DNA of 64,000 bases from Octopus sinensis (GCF_006345805.1 NC_043007.1:12710001-12774000), one strand, 5' to 3'; counted from the first letter of the stretch, positions 1-13,003 are shown. Numbers and translations: made by a program. The notes: generated by a model from the sequence alone, not told the origin.

Positions 1-368
1 TTGCTGGTTTTGTTTGTCCGTTTCACATCTCCTTTTTCCATGCTAGAATGGGCTAGACAAATGTATTATTGAGGCATTGCTTTACAGTCTCATGCCCTTC
101 CTGTCACTAACCCTTATCTAATTTTCAAGTAAAGGACCTTTTATTTCACAAATCTTCAAAGGAGTGGATAATTTCTTGACAGGAGACATGGCAACAACAA
201 TGCTCATTGCTTTTGTAGAACGCAGATGTAAACAAACACACACACAGCTTTGGTCAGCTCAGAATGATATTAGAAGACACTTGACTTAGATGCCTTTTAG
301 TAAGACAAAGCAGAAGTCCTGTGGTTGGAAAGCAAACCCACACTTGCCTACTTACTGAAGTATAAATA

Positions 369-748
369 GGCGCAGGAGTGGCTGTGTGGTAAGTAGCTTG
401 CTTACCAACCACATGGTTGCGTGGCACCTTGGGCAAGTGTCTTCTACTATAGCCTCGGGCCAACCAAAGTCTTGTGAGTGGATTTGGTAGACAGAAACTG
501 AAAGAAGCCCGTCGTATATATGTATATATATGTGTGTGTGTATATGTTTGTGTGTCTGTGTTTGTCCCCCAACATTGCTTGACAACCGATGGCGGTATGT
601 TTACATCCCCGTAACTTAGCGGTTCGGCAAAAGAGACCGATAGAATAAGTACTAGGCTTCCAAAGAATAAGTCCTGGGGGTCGATTTGCTCGATTAAAGG
701 CGGTTCTCCAGCATAGTCACAGTCGAATGACTGAAATAAGTAAAAGAG
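369..748 (+). mobile_element. tRNA-derived SINE family A (internal TA/TG microsatellite); B-box segment deleted in this copy
   Basis: ggcgcaggagtggctgtgtggtaagtagcttgc...gaaataagtaaaagagt. Near-identical copies at 2995, 6551, 13004 and 37088. Confidence 0.9.
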
Positions 749-1332
749 TCTCTGTGGTTTTACATAGGTATAGATTTTTATGTAGTTGCTCTCATTAACA
801 CTGGTCCTTTACTTTGGTATATAGTATATTTATTCTGAATAATTTTTTAAAACTTTTCTCCCCCAAGGTCCAAAAGTATATAACAGCTGCATATTTTATT
901 CCATACTGGCATGAGACGGACTAAACTAGAGAAGGCAATAGTTTGTGGTCTCATACTCTTCCTGACTTCAGTTCTTGTTTTGAAGCACATCTTTTATACC
1001 ACAACTTCATATGAACTACTGAGCTTTTGAACCTTTGTGTTTACAAGGAACATAAACATTGTCTCTGGCAGCTGAACAATGTTAGTGCAAAGAAACAAAG
1101 CTATAAACACACACACACACATACATTCGTTAGTCTTGATAGAGGCAAATTCTAATTGTATACTAAAAGAAAGGCTAATATTTAATTATTTTATTACAGT
1201 TTAGGAAATATGTCATTGGTTAAAGATTTCCAATAAGCCAATCATGCTATCCTGGGCTCCTAACAATGAGTGTTCAGAAGGGTGCTACTAGTTCTTCAAT
1301 TTTTTTACCTATGTTTTAAAAAGATTCGAGTA

Positions 1333-1555
1333 AGGTCGTTGCTAGTGCCGCCTGATTGGCCCCGTGCCGGTGGCACATAAAAAGCACCTACTACACTCTC
1401 GCAGTGGTTGGTGTTAGGAAGGGCATCCAGCTGTAGAAACTCTGCCAGATTAAGATTGAAGCCTGGTGCAGCCATCTGGTTCGCCAGTCCTCAGTCAAAA
1501 TCGTCCAACCCATGCTAGCATGGAAAGCGGACGTTAAACGATGATGATGATGATA
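1333..1555 (+). mobile_element. SINE family C with (ATG)n tail
   Basis: ...ggaagggcatccagctgtagaaac...ccaacccatgctagcatggaaagcggacgttaaacgatgatgatg; many copies in the window. Confidence 0.85.
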
Positions 1556-1599
1556 TTTAAAACCTTTGCTGATATACTTTGTTGAATACTGTCTGTGTG

Positions 1600-2100
1600 T
1601 GTAGTGGCCATGTGGTTAAGAAGTTTGCTTTGCAACCACATGGTTTCTGGTTCACTCCTGTTGTATGACCCCTTGGATGAGTGTCTTCTTGTAAGACCGC
1701 GAGGTGACCAGTATCCTGTGAATGAAGTTGGTCAACTCAAACCATACCCAACACCCCAACTCGATAGTCAGTGTTGGTTTGCTCATGTACATTTAACTTA
1801 GCAGTTCAGCAAAAGAGACCAATGGAATAAAGAGCAGGCTGGAGTGATCAACTAAGCCCTTCACAGTGGTGGCCCCAACATGGCTGCAGTCCAATAACTG
1901 AAACAAACAAAAGAATAAAAGAAATGTGTGTGTGTATGTATGAGGTGCCAGTTGAGCTTTGTGGTTAATAAGTTCACTTCCTAACTGCGTGGTTTCAGGT
2001 TCACTTCCTCTGTGTGGTGCCTTGGCCAAGTGTCTTCCAATACAGCCTTGGATTTGGTAGACAGGAACTGAAAGAAGTCTGACCAAATGTTTATGCCCAG
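1600..2100 (+). mobile_element. Two degenerate SINE A copies
   Basis: gtggttaagaagtttgctttgcaaccacatgg and gtggtgccttggccaagtgtcttc segments match family A. Confidence 0.7.
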
Positions 2101-2994
2101 GTGTCGAAACCATAGTAATATCCATTAGGCAGCTGATGATGAGAATCATTGCTTGATAGGCTTACTGTCTGTGAATCTTTTGTATCTTAGAGTTTTATTA
2201 TTGAATTATTGAGTTGTAATTCATTCTCATATGGTTGAAATTGTTAAAGGGGCCATGGTTTATGGTGGTTTAAAACTTATTTGATGGCTTGATTGAATTC
2301 TTAAGATATTTTCCTCTTTTCAATAATTTTCAGGTTGTGCATGCATCATAACATATAAAAAAAAACAACAAAAAAACAACTAGCTTTTTTCTGTCAGAAA
2401 TATTTGTTGACTGATCACATTCTTCTAAAGAAATCAAAATGTTTATTTATTATTTTAAAGTACATATTTGTATCACGGAGATGTACTTGCATGGCAAGTC
2501 TTCTGATCTGAGACTGTGTTGAAACTAAAACGAATTGCTGTATGGAAGAGAAAACATTATCCATTTAGAAATGTAAGCTTCACTTAAACATTCATTGTTT
2601 GTAATGTGGTGTCAAAATCACAGTTTCAAATGACAAGAATGCTGACACCACATTACAAACAATAAATTTTTTAGTGACATTAACGGTCTTTGTGTGTTTC
2701 TGAATGGCTAACATGTCTCTTCCATTCTGCATTATGTTTTATAAGTTTTTTTCACAAAGCAAAAACAGGTCATCTGAAAATGACATTTGGTGGCTTCTCA
2801 CATTATCTTCTCTCATGTGTATCGTTGTATTGGCAATTTTCTCTTTGCTTAAAATTTCTTTGGCATGTATATCCAATTCCAGGAGGCAGAATAAGATTGA
2901 ATACATGTATGCTCACCTACGTACGTATGTTGTACATTGTCCTGTTTAGTTTTAATCAGTAGAAAAAAGTGACTCAAAGGCTGAAAGTTTCATA

Positions 2995-3382
2995 TACTCT
3001 TTTACTTGTTTCAGTCATTTGACTGCGGCCATGCTGGAGCACCGCCTTTAATCAAGCAACTCGACCCCGGGACTTATTCTTTTGTAAGCCCAGTACTTAT
3101 TCTATCGGACTCTTTTGCCGAACTGCTAAGTAACGTGGACATAAACACACCAGCATTGGTTGTCAAGCAATGCTAGGGGGACAAACACACACATGCATAT
3201 ATATATATACATATATATGACGGGCTTCTTTCAGTTTCCGTCTACCAAATCCACTCACAAGGCTTTGGTCGGCCTGAGGCTATAGTAGAAGACACTTGCC
3301 CAAGGTGCCACGCAGTGGGACTGAACCCGAAACCATGTGGTTGGTAAACAAGCTACTTACCACACAGCCACTCCTGCGCCTA
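2995..3382 (-). mobile_element. SINE family A, full length
   Basis: Reverse complement of 369-748, with the B-box region (gggactgaacccg) intact. Confidence 0.9.
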
Positions 3383-3526
3383 TATGTGGAACTTGCTTAC
3401 CAAACACGCATTAAACTCTTAGCCTTTGAATCACTTTGTAACTTCTGCAGATTGAAATAAAAATAAACACACACACACACTGTTGAGTTACATTTTTCTT
3501 GTTTGTATTACCAAACCTATAAATAT

Positions 3527-3587
<61 letters not shown>

Positions 3588-3914
3588 ACATACATACACA
3601 TACACACTCTTACAAAGAAAGGGCTGAGGTTGACAGCCTGATCAAGCGTGCAAGTGAAAACTTTGAAGTCACTGTCAATCTCGACCGTTTCCTTATAGAA
3701 GTTAATAATTCTGTATTCTACTAAAAATTATTGAATAACCTTTCAGTTTCATGTTAATTTGTTTTTATATACAACTTGATATAAACACTAATATAATTGC
3801 ATATACACCCACACACACACACATACTTCAGTATAACAACTAAACAAAAAACAAAAATCGATGATGTTTGTCAAATATAGATTAACATAATGTAGGCACA
3901 GCTATGATTATGTA

Positions 3915-4650
3915 ATTAAGTAGCTCACTTTGCAACCATGTGGTTTTGGGTTCAAACCCCACTATGCAACACCTTGGGCAAGAGTCTTCTACTATGGCCC
4001 AGCGTCGACCAATGCTTTATGAGTGAGCTTGGTCGATGGAAACTGTGTGGAAGCCTGTCTATGTGTGTGTGTGTCTTTGTTGCTCATCCCCAGCATTTGG
4101 CAGCCAATGTTGGTTTGCTTACGTCCCCATAACTCTAGCAGTCTGACAAAAGTGAGTGTTAGAATGACTACCACACTTCAAAGAACATAAATACTGGAGT
4201 CAGTTTGTTCAACTAAAACCCTTCAATGTGGTGCCCCAGCATGACCACAGTCCAATGACTAAGTAAAACATAAATGTATACATATATAGGTGTAGGCGTG
4301 GTTGTGGGTAAGAAACTTGCTTCCCAACCACATGGCCCCGAGTTCGGTCTCACTGCGTGGCACCTTGGGCAAGTGTCTTCTGATACAGCCTTTGTGAGTT
4401 GATTTGGTTGATGGAAACTGAAAGAAGTCCATGTGTGTGTTTTTGTATCTGTGTTTGTCCCCCACCACCGCTTGATGATGGGTGTTGGTTTATTTACGTC
4501 CCTGTAACTTACTGGTTCTGCAAAAGAGACTGATAGAATAAGTGCTGGGCTTATAAAGGAAAAAAAAGAATCCTGCAGTTGATTTGTTTGACTAAACCAC
4601 TTTAGGGTTGTGCCCCAGCATGGCCACAGTTAAATGACTGAAACAGGTAA
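3915..4650 (+). mobile_element. Two tandem older SINE A copies (about 3915-4270 and 4290-4650)
   Basis: Both show the head, ccttgggcaagtgtcttc, gaaactg and the ccccagcatggcc...aatgactgaaaca tail. Confidence 0.8.
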
Positions 4651-4669
4651 ATGGTATTTCTTAACAATA

Positions 4670-4865
4670 ACTGACACTCCGTCGGTTACGATGATGAGGG
4701 TTCCAGTTGATCTGATCAATGCAACAACCTACTTGTGAAATTAATGTGCATGTGGCTGAGTACTCCACAGACACATACCCTTAATGTAGTTCTCAGGGAG
4801 ATTCAGCATGACACAGAATTTGACAAGGTTGGCCCTTTCAAATACAGGTACAACTCATTTTTGCC
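4670..4865 (-). mobile_element. 3' part of another SINE-like interspersed repeat
   Basis: The minus strand reads ...ctacattaagggtatgtgtctgtggagtactcagccac...actggaaccctcatcatcgtaaccgacggagtg, which I recall as an octopus SINE body. Not verified. Confidence 0.5.
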
Positions 4866-6550
4866 CAAAGTATCACATGGCAGAGTTGAACTGAGTGGTA
4901 AGAAGCTTGCTTCCCAACCACATGGTTCTGGGTTCAGTCCCACCGTGTCGTACTTTGGGCAAGTGTCTTCTACTATAGCCTTGGGCCAACTAAAGCTTGT
5001 GAGTGGATTTCATAGATGAAAACTGAAAGAAGCCTGTAACATGCATCTAAGAGCTCTTGAGTCATTCTTTGGCTACCACCTGTTATTCTACAATAGGGTA
5101 CATTTCCAGGGCAGGACATGCATGTGGAACTCCTCTCTGTATAAGATCAATAATATTCACCCGCGTATTATATTACCCTTATAGAACAGCCAATCACTTA
5201 GAGAGAAACACGTAAGCATACAACCTTTGCTCAAATACCTTTGTGAACATCAAAGTACAAGAGAAACTATATTCTGTACTAACAAATCCATGACATACCT
5301 GACTAATAACACCAACCTTACATATGACAACAGGAAATACCCTAAATGACAACAATTAGTAAAAATGAGACCCACCCTTATCATACCCCTTCATTGTTTT
5401 GTGAAGAAAAGTAGACACACCCAATTACTCAGGGCTTAAATACTTGACTTTGTACCTTTGATTAAATCCAATAATACCAAAAGCAACAAAAATAGTCACA
5501 CCTGGTGTCTACCTAACAAAAGAGAAACACCCACAATCTTGTTAACAAACTTCTACATGCATGAATGAATTTTAAACAATAACAACAACCTCAAATTTAG
5601 TCAATCAAAATTTTTCAAAAACACTTTTCCATAACAACCAACCATAAAAATCTAATTCCCACCCTCAATGAAACCTGTACACCCAAGATGATTTTAAGTC
5701 AGCAAAACTAACTTTAATGCATTGAACTGAACATAAAAACATTTATGGTGGTTTTTATGGTTTTTTTTTAAATTCAAAATTTACTTTAAAATAATAACCT
5801 CAATTTAACATATCTATCTTTATGTATATAATGTAAGTAGCTATGTAGCTCCTCTGCAACAAGAAATCTGTTCTGCTCTACTACTCCTTTCTCTCTCTCT
5901 CTCTCACATACACACACACAGTTTCTGCCTACTGGATTCACTTAGTAGGCATTGGTTTGGTGCTGCAGTGGCAGATACTTCCCCAAGGTACCACAGGTGG
6001 GGGTTGAACCCAAAACCATAAGGTTGATATCTGATGCCTGCACCTATTTTATGAATATCCATGAATTTTGTTTTTACTATTCTCATTTAGCTTATTTTTA
6101 TTCTGAAGAGATTAGTGAGGCTTGATAATCTTGGATTAAGCTTATCTTTTTTTTTTCTTTTCCTGTATTATCTTTTAATTAATTTTTCTCTTAGGCCAGT
6201 AAAATGTTATTATCTAACATCATTGGAGAGTTAATAGTGGATTTTTATTTCACAACCTCCATAGATAATGTTTCACGTGGTTGAAACATTATCCATATTA
6301 AAGCAAAACAAAAAAAAAAAAGCATCATTTGCAATTTCGGTATCTAAGGAAAGTAGAACCAAATTAAGAAGACATGTGGAAGAATCTTCTTTGATTAGCA
6401 GGCCCCAGATTTTATAACCAATGTTGAACCAACGTTACGTTTGTATATTATAACAAGTTTGTTAAGAATTAACAATTTAGGTCTAATATTTCACAATTCC
6501 ATCTCTCCTTGTATGCTACTCATTTCCATTTTAAAATCTTCATCCTCATA

Positions 6551-6720
6551 GGCAGGAGTGGCTGTGTGGTAAGTAGCTTGCTTATGATCCACTTAGTTCC
6601 GGGTTCAGTTCCACTGCGTGGCACCTTGGGCAAGTGTCTTCTACTGTAGCCTCGGCTGACCAAAGCCTTGTGAGTGGATTTGGTAGACGGAAACTGAAAG
6701 AAGCCCATCATATATATGTA

Positions 6721-6763
<43 letters not shown>

Positions 6764-6980
6764 GTGTGTGTGTGTTTGTGTGCCTGTGTTTGTCCCCCCC
6801 CCAACATTGCTTGACAACCGATACTGGTGTGTTTACGTCCCCGTAACTTAGCAGTTCAGCAAAAGAGACCAGTAGTATAAGTACTAGGCTTACAAAGAAT
6901 AAGTCCTGGGGTCAATTTGATCGACTAAAGGCGGTGCTCCAGCATGGCCACAGGCAAATGACTGAAACAAGTAAAAGAGT
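6551..6980 (+). mobile_element. SINE family A, full length
   Basis: Complete head-to-tail match to the other copies, with a long internal (TA)n(TG)n. Confidence 0.9.
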
Positions 6981-7226
6981 CATCTCACTCATTCTTATTG
7001 AAAAGAGCATTGTTGCTGTGAGAACAATTACGACCCATGTAATCTGTTTTTTACATTTTTCTTGCCCCACCCCACCACCACCAACTTCACTTTGTAAATG
7101 AACAATCTGGTGTGTTTATTTTAATAGCCTATCAATGTATACAGTGAGTTTCTGTGCCCTGAGTGTTGGGAAGACACTCAACAAGAAAAGGCAATCTGAA
7201 AGTTGGAAGAGGAAAAGATCACTATC

Positions 7227-7259
<33 letters not shown>

Positions 7260-7260
<1 letters not shown>

Positions 7261-8275
7261 TAAAAAATTCCAAATTTCTGGCACAAGGCCAGCAGGTTTA
7301 AGGGTGGGGTTGGTTGATTACAGAGACACATTGCTTTATCAAACCTGAAAGGGTGAAATGTAAAGTTGACCTGACGGCAAACTGGCAGAATCGTTAGCAC
7401 GCCGGGCGAAATGCTTAGTGGTATTTCGTCTGCCGCTACGTTTTAAGTTCAAATTCTGCCGAGGTCGACTTTGCCTTTCATCCTTTCGGGGTCGATTAAA
7501 TAAGTACCAGTTACACACTAGGGTCGATATAATCGACTTAATCCGTTTGTCTGTCCTTGTTTGTCCTCTCTGTGTTTAGCCCCTTGTGGGTAGTAAAGAA
7601 ATAGGTATTTCGTCTGCCGTTACGTTCTGAGTTCAAATTCTGCCGAGGTCGACTTTGCCTTTCATCCTTTCGGGGTCGATTAGATAAGTACCAGTTATGC
7701 ACTGGGGTTGATGTAATCGACTTAATCCGTTTGTCTGTCCTTGTTTGTCCCTTCTGTGTTTAACCCCTTGTGGGTAGTAAAGAAATAGGTAAAGTTGACC
7801 TCACTGACATTTGAACTCAAAATGTAAAGAGCTGGGAGACATGTAAAATATTTTGTCTGACATGCTAACATTTCTACCAGCTTAAGCATTAATTTGTGAA
7901 TGAGTGGACATAACCTAAATCTTTCAGTTTAAGCATTCATATAGTCAATTTCAACATTCTTTTGTCATTTTTATTTTTTCACTTTATTATTATTATAATG
8001 GGTGGATGTTGGGAAAATGGCCAGTATGGATGGACCAATTCTGAGATTACACCTGCAAAAAACAAAAGGTTTAAAAAGAGAAAAAGCTCTTGCCCTGTTA
8101 ACCAGACACTTGTGGCTTTTATGGGTTTTTCCATGAGTAACCTTTAAAGTGCCGCCTCCTATTGGGAGTTCTACTTATTACATTTTTTAATTTTGTTATG
8201 AAATGTTTACACGGACCTTTGTCTCGTGTTGTCCTTCAATGTTTTGATTTATGTTAGCCCTTGTGGCCCAAAAAG

Positions 8276-8321
<46 letters not shown>

Positions 8322-8921
8322 GGCATCAAGCTGGTGGAATCATTAATATGCCGGGTAAAGTGCTTAGCAGTATTTCATCTGTCTTTACAGTTTGAGTTCA
8401 AATTCCACCAAAGTTGACTTTGCCGTTCATTCTTTCGGAATCTATAAAATAAGTACCAGTTGAGCCCTGGGGGTCAGTGTAATCAATTTATCCTCTCCCT
8501 CAAACTTGCTGGCCATGTCCCAAAATTTGAAACCATTATTATTATTATTATTATTTATTTCTTTATTGCCCGCGGGGGTGGGGTGGGGGCTAAACATAGA
8601 GGGGACAAACGAGAACAGACAAAGGAATTAAGTCAATTAGATTGACCCCAGTGCATAACTGGTACTTATTTAATCAACCCCGAAAGGATGAAAGGCGAAG
8701 TCGACCTTGGCCGAATTTGAACTTAGAACCTAACGGCAGATGAAATACTGCTAAGCATCGTTAGCCAGTGAGCATTTTGTCTGTCCTTAATGTTTGAAAT
8801 TCAAATTCTGCTGAGGTCGACTTTGCCTTTCATCTTTTCAGGGTCAGTAAGATAAACACCAGTCAGACACTGGACCTGCCCCTTTCCCAGACATTGCTGG
8901 CTTTGTGCCAAAATTTGAAAC
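7260..8921. mobile_element. Cluster of SINE family B copies in both orientations, including a tandem internal duplication (7420-7600 repeated at 7603-7790)
   Basis: Recurring ctggcagaatcgttagc...gagttcaaatt...ggtcgactttgcctttcatcctttcggggtcg...aagtaccagtt, separated by (AAT)n/(TTA)n. Confidence 0.85.
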
Positions 8922-9157
8922 TATTGGGTTGGTGCATAATTATTGCGGCTTTTTTCAACAAATTTTATTCAGCTGAAACAATAACAATACTTAACAAAAA
9001 CATCTTTAAATGACAGTCTGACTGTCTGCCAAGCAAATTAGGGAAGCAGTAATTGAAGTAGATGATGAATATGCTCCAGAATAATCATTTAAAGATGTTT
9101 TTGTTACATGTTGTTTTTGTTGAAAAAAAGCCACAATAAATATGCACAAACCCAATA
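8922..9157. mobile_element. Mariner-derived MITE (HSMAR1/MADE1-like TIR) with TA target duplication
   Basis: TA-ttgggttggtgcataattattgcggcttttttcaaca ... tgttgaaaaaaagccacaataaatatgcacaaacccaa-TA. The arms also pair internally (aacaaaaacatctttaaatga / tcatttaaagatgtttttgtt). Confidence 0.85.
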
Positions 9158-10259
9158 TTAACAACATTATTATATAATAAAGTTCTGTCCTAGTTTTAAT
9201 CCTCATTTTTTTGTTCACACAAAATTAAAAACTATTTTTAGTCACAAGAAGACAGACTTTTTTTTTATTATGTACTCTAGTCATACTTGTTGCATATTTG
9301 AAAGACTAGCTTATTAATCTTATTTTATTTTTTTATCTCAGTTAAAAAAGGCAACCCCCTCCCCTCTAAAAAAAAAAAGCAAAAGACCATCATGGGACAT
9401 AATGTGAACCATTGCTAGCAAATTATATGACAAGTTAGATAGCATTTTACAACAACAATTGCCATTGTCATCATTGTTAATATACTCATAAGCTGTAAAT
9501 TTTCGACATTCCATTTTCCCCCCATTTTTATGGGTCAGTCAAGTTTGGACAATAAGACTTCTTCCTCTGAAATAAATGTCTTTTTTGTTTGTTAACACTT
9601 TTTTTATCTCTACTCAAGTATTTGAAATATATTCTCACCTTTCACTCTCATCATACACCAATGCCACTTCTGTTTTCTCAAACTTCCTTTATCCTCAACA
9701 GTCCATCCCTTTTTTGCTTTATTATATACCGAAGAGTTATTAAATAATAAACTTAATGTTTCATATGTACGGGGTGCGTGTGGTGTAGGATATACAACCA
9801 CCCCACATTGTTTATAAAGTTATTTTAATTTATCTTGGTGCCCTATTTTTTCCTCTTTTCTGTACACCATCTCCTTGATGTTCTTTCCAACCATTCCAAC
9901 ATCATTTAGAAATTACTCTGCACATTCACAAAGTCAGTTTATCTTATTAGTCGGCCCCCAAGCTTTTCACTCACTGTCCATAGCCTCAAAGCCAGAAATT
10001 CTGGTGTGTTTATAAAATCACTCTCTACACGTGTACTGAGAAGTATTCCTGTTACAGTTTTATTGAGTTACTGGTGATTTATATGTGTACTATCTTTTTT
10101 GTTTTCAGTGTGTTTTAAACCCAATTTCAAATATCTTGTGTTTCTTTGTGGACGTTCTGTTCTCTGTGTACACTAGATTGTGTCGGCACATTTTATTAAT
10201 GGTCATACGCACACAGAAAGAGCTGATAGGTTCACTGAAGTTTTAATTTGAAATTATTT

Positions 10260-11105
10260 GAATAATAATAATAATAATAATAATAATCCTTTCTACTAAA
10301 GGCACAAAGCCTGAAATTTTGTAGGAGGGGACTAGCCAATTACATCGACCCCAGTGTTTCACTGATACTTTAATTTATCAACCCCAAAAGGATGAAAGGC
10401 AAAGTCGACCTCGACAGAATTTGAGCTCAGATCATAAAGACATGAAATGCTGCTAAGCATTTTGCCCGGTATGCTAACGATTCTGCCAACTTGCTGCCTT
10501 AATAATAATAATAAGAAGAAGAAGAATGTTTAAAATTTTGGCACAAGACCAGCAGTTTTTACAGATTGAATAGTCAGTTACATTGACCCTTGTGCTCAGC
10601 TGGTATTTATTTTATCAACCCCTAAAAGATGAAAGGTAGTCAACCTCAGCAGAGTTTGAACTCAGAATGTAAAACTGAAACAAATACCACTAAACATTTT
10701 TGTCTGACATACTAACATTTATTTCTTTACTGCCCACAAGGGGCTACACACAGAGGGGACAAACAAGGACAAACGGATTAAGTCGATTATATCGACCCCA
10801 GTGCGTAACTGGTACTTATTTATCGACCCCAAAAGGATGAAAGGCAAAGTCGACCTCAGCGGAATTTGAACTCAGAATGTAGCAGCTGACGAAATACCGC
10901 TAAGCATTTCACCCGGCATGCTAGCGTTTCTGCCAGCTCACCACCTTAATAATAATAATCCTGGGGTTGATGTAATCAATTAGGGAGTCCTAAACAATTA
11001 CATCGACCCCTAGTGTTCAACTGGTACTCGTTTCAGTGGTCCTGAAAGGATGAAAAGCAGTGTCAACCTCAGTGGAATTTGAACTAAGCATTTTGTCTGA
11101 TGCGC
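10260..11105 (-). mobile_element. Four stacked SINE B copies separated by (AAT)n
   Basis: Repeated cgaccccag...aaggatgaaaggcaaagtcgacctc...gaatttgaactcag at about 10285, 10530, 10727 and 10985. Confidence 0.85.
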
Positions 11106-11829
11106 CAATGATTTTAACAATAACAAGATTTCTAATAAAGGTAAAAAGGACAGTAATTTTGTGGGTTGGAATTTGTCAGTACCGACAGCTTTGCTCTGTC
11201 CTAGTATTTGACTGTGAGTTTTTATCATGTCCTCAAGGATGACAGCTGACCTCATTGAAATATGAAGTTAAACTGTAAAGAGCCTGAAGAAATACTCAAA
11301 CACTAACAATTCTGCCAATCCATCACCTTTGTAGGCTCTCATGGTTTCCGATCTTAACTGGTCAGACGTGTTATCATGTACATGCTTTGTCTTGGTTTAA
11401 AAGATGGACTACAAAAAATATTCTGCTCAACACCACAGACTTGCTTGTCAGTTGCTTGACCTTAAACAGTTGAGCATGTCCCTTAGTGGCTGACTAGCAG
11501 GAATAGTGGGGGAGTGTCATAGCTATATGTTGAGAGGAATTCTTTAGGGGTTTGAATAATTCACATCTGGAAATATGGGTATTTTGTTCATCAGCCTTAT
11601 TCAGGGACCTCTTGAGTGGGGATACTTGAACTGGAGAAAATTCTAATTGGGTCCCAACTGTAAGGTCATGCACTGTTTATCTTGATATGAAAACACCATG
11701 TTGTACACATGGTGTTGTGATGCATGTGCTTGGTGTACCCTTATCAGATGGCTAATCACGAGGGGTATATTTATGTCCTAGTGTCACTTTCAAGGCATGC
11801 ACTGCTCTTTTATTCAATAGTAATAACAA

Positions 11830-12240
11830 CAATAATAATAATAGCTTCTGATTTAGGTACAAGGCCAGCAAGTTTGAGGAGGAGGTGTCAGGTGATTTTA
11901 GCAACTCCAGTGCTTGATTGATACTATATTTTATTGACCTGGGAGGGATGGAAAGCAATGCTGACCTCAGCAGGATTTGAACTCAGAACGTAAAGGTCTG
12001 GAAGAAATATTGCATGGAACTTGGTGTGATTCTCTGATGATTCTGCAAACTTGCCACTTTGTATAATAACGGTGATAATAATGATTTCAAATTCTGACAC
12101 AAGGGCAGCAATTTCAGGGAAGTGGGGGGAAAGTCTATTGATCCTAGTACACAACTGGTATTTATTTTATCAACCCTGAAAGGATGAATGGTAAAGTTGA
12201 CCTTGGCAGAATTTGAACTCAGAATATAATGTAATATTAA
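11830..12240 (-). mobile_element. Two SINE B copies
   Basis: ggtacaaggccagcaag...gatttgaactcagaacg and gacacaagggcagcaa...gaatttgaactcag. Confidence 0.75.
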
Positions 12241-12419
12241 CAACAACAATAATAATGATGATGAAAATATTCTCAAGTGTATACTTCTGATGATCTATGA
12301 GAAAATTTAACATAACTCAAGCAGATCAGTTCCAAGCTGCCATTAAATATGAAATAAGTAAAAACTGATGTTGTTTAATTAGCTTATAGTACATTGTAAT
12401 TACAATGTACCGGATGTCT

Positions 12420-12640
12420 ACATTCCCAATCATCGCTTGATTTGCAAGAACTAGTAACCAATGGCACATAGATTATACCCTTGCTGCCACTTTAAAATAA
12501 GGAAGGCTACATTCAGTACTGTCTGAAATCTATAAAATAAATTTTAAAAAACCAACCATGGGGTGGTCACATCTGAAATACATTTGATCATAAGTCTGCT
12601 AGATTGGAGTTGACCTTGAGCTGAACAAGAACAATTTAGG
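12420..12640 (-). mobile_element. Unclassified interspersed repeat family F (also 16655-16725, 36575-36640, 39883-40045)
   Basis: The minus strand reads ttgttcagctcaaggtcaactccaatctagcagacttatgatcaaa; compare tttagctccagcttggacctggttgagcagacc at about 39890 and caagcaggcctatgatcaaag at about 36593. Confidence 0.55.
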
Positions 12641-12718
12641 AGAGTTTCTAGTTGAAAATATGAAACATAATTTCATCATGTCATATTATGTGCTGAAAAT
12701 AAATAAAGATATATATAT

Positions 12719-12757
<39 letters not shown>

Positions 12758-12760
<3 letters not shown>

Positions 12761-12990
12761 CTCTGTGGTAAGAAGCTTGCTTCCCAAACACATGGTTCTG
12801 AGTTTGGTCCCACTGCGTGGCACCTTGGGTAAGTGTCTTCTACTATAGCCAAGGGCCAACCAAAGCCTTGTGAGTGGATTTGGTAAACGGAAACTGAAAG
12901 AAGCCTGTCGTATATATGTATGGATGTTTGTGTGTCAGTGTTTGTCCCCCCAACCATCGCTTGACAACCGATGTCGGTGTGTTTATGTCA
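12758..12990 (+). mobile_element. SINE A, 3'-truncated
   Basis: ggctctgtggtaagaagcttgcttccc...gcttgacaaccgatgtcggtgtgtttatgtc. Confidence 0.85.
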
Positions 12991-13003
12991 TTTGACTGTA
13001 ACT

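Noticed and set aside
254-585. Recurrent ORFs of the type ARGYSRRHLPKVP / EDTCPRCHA
   Set aside because: Translations of SINE A; they recur at every copy and are not genes.
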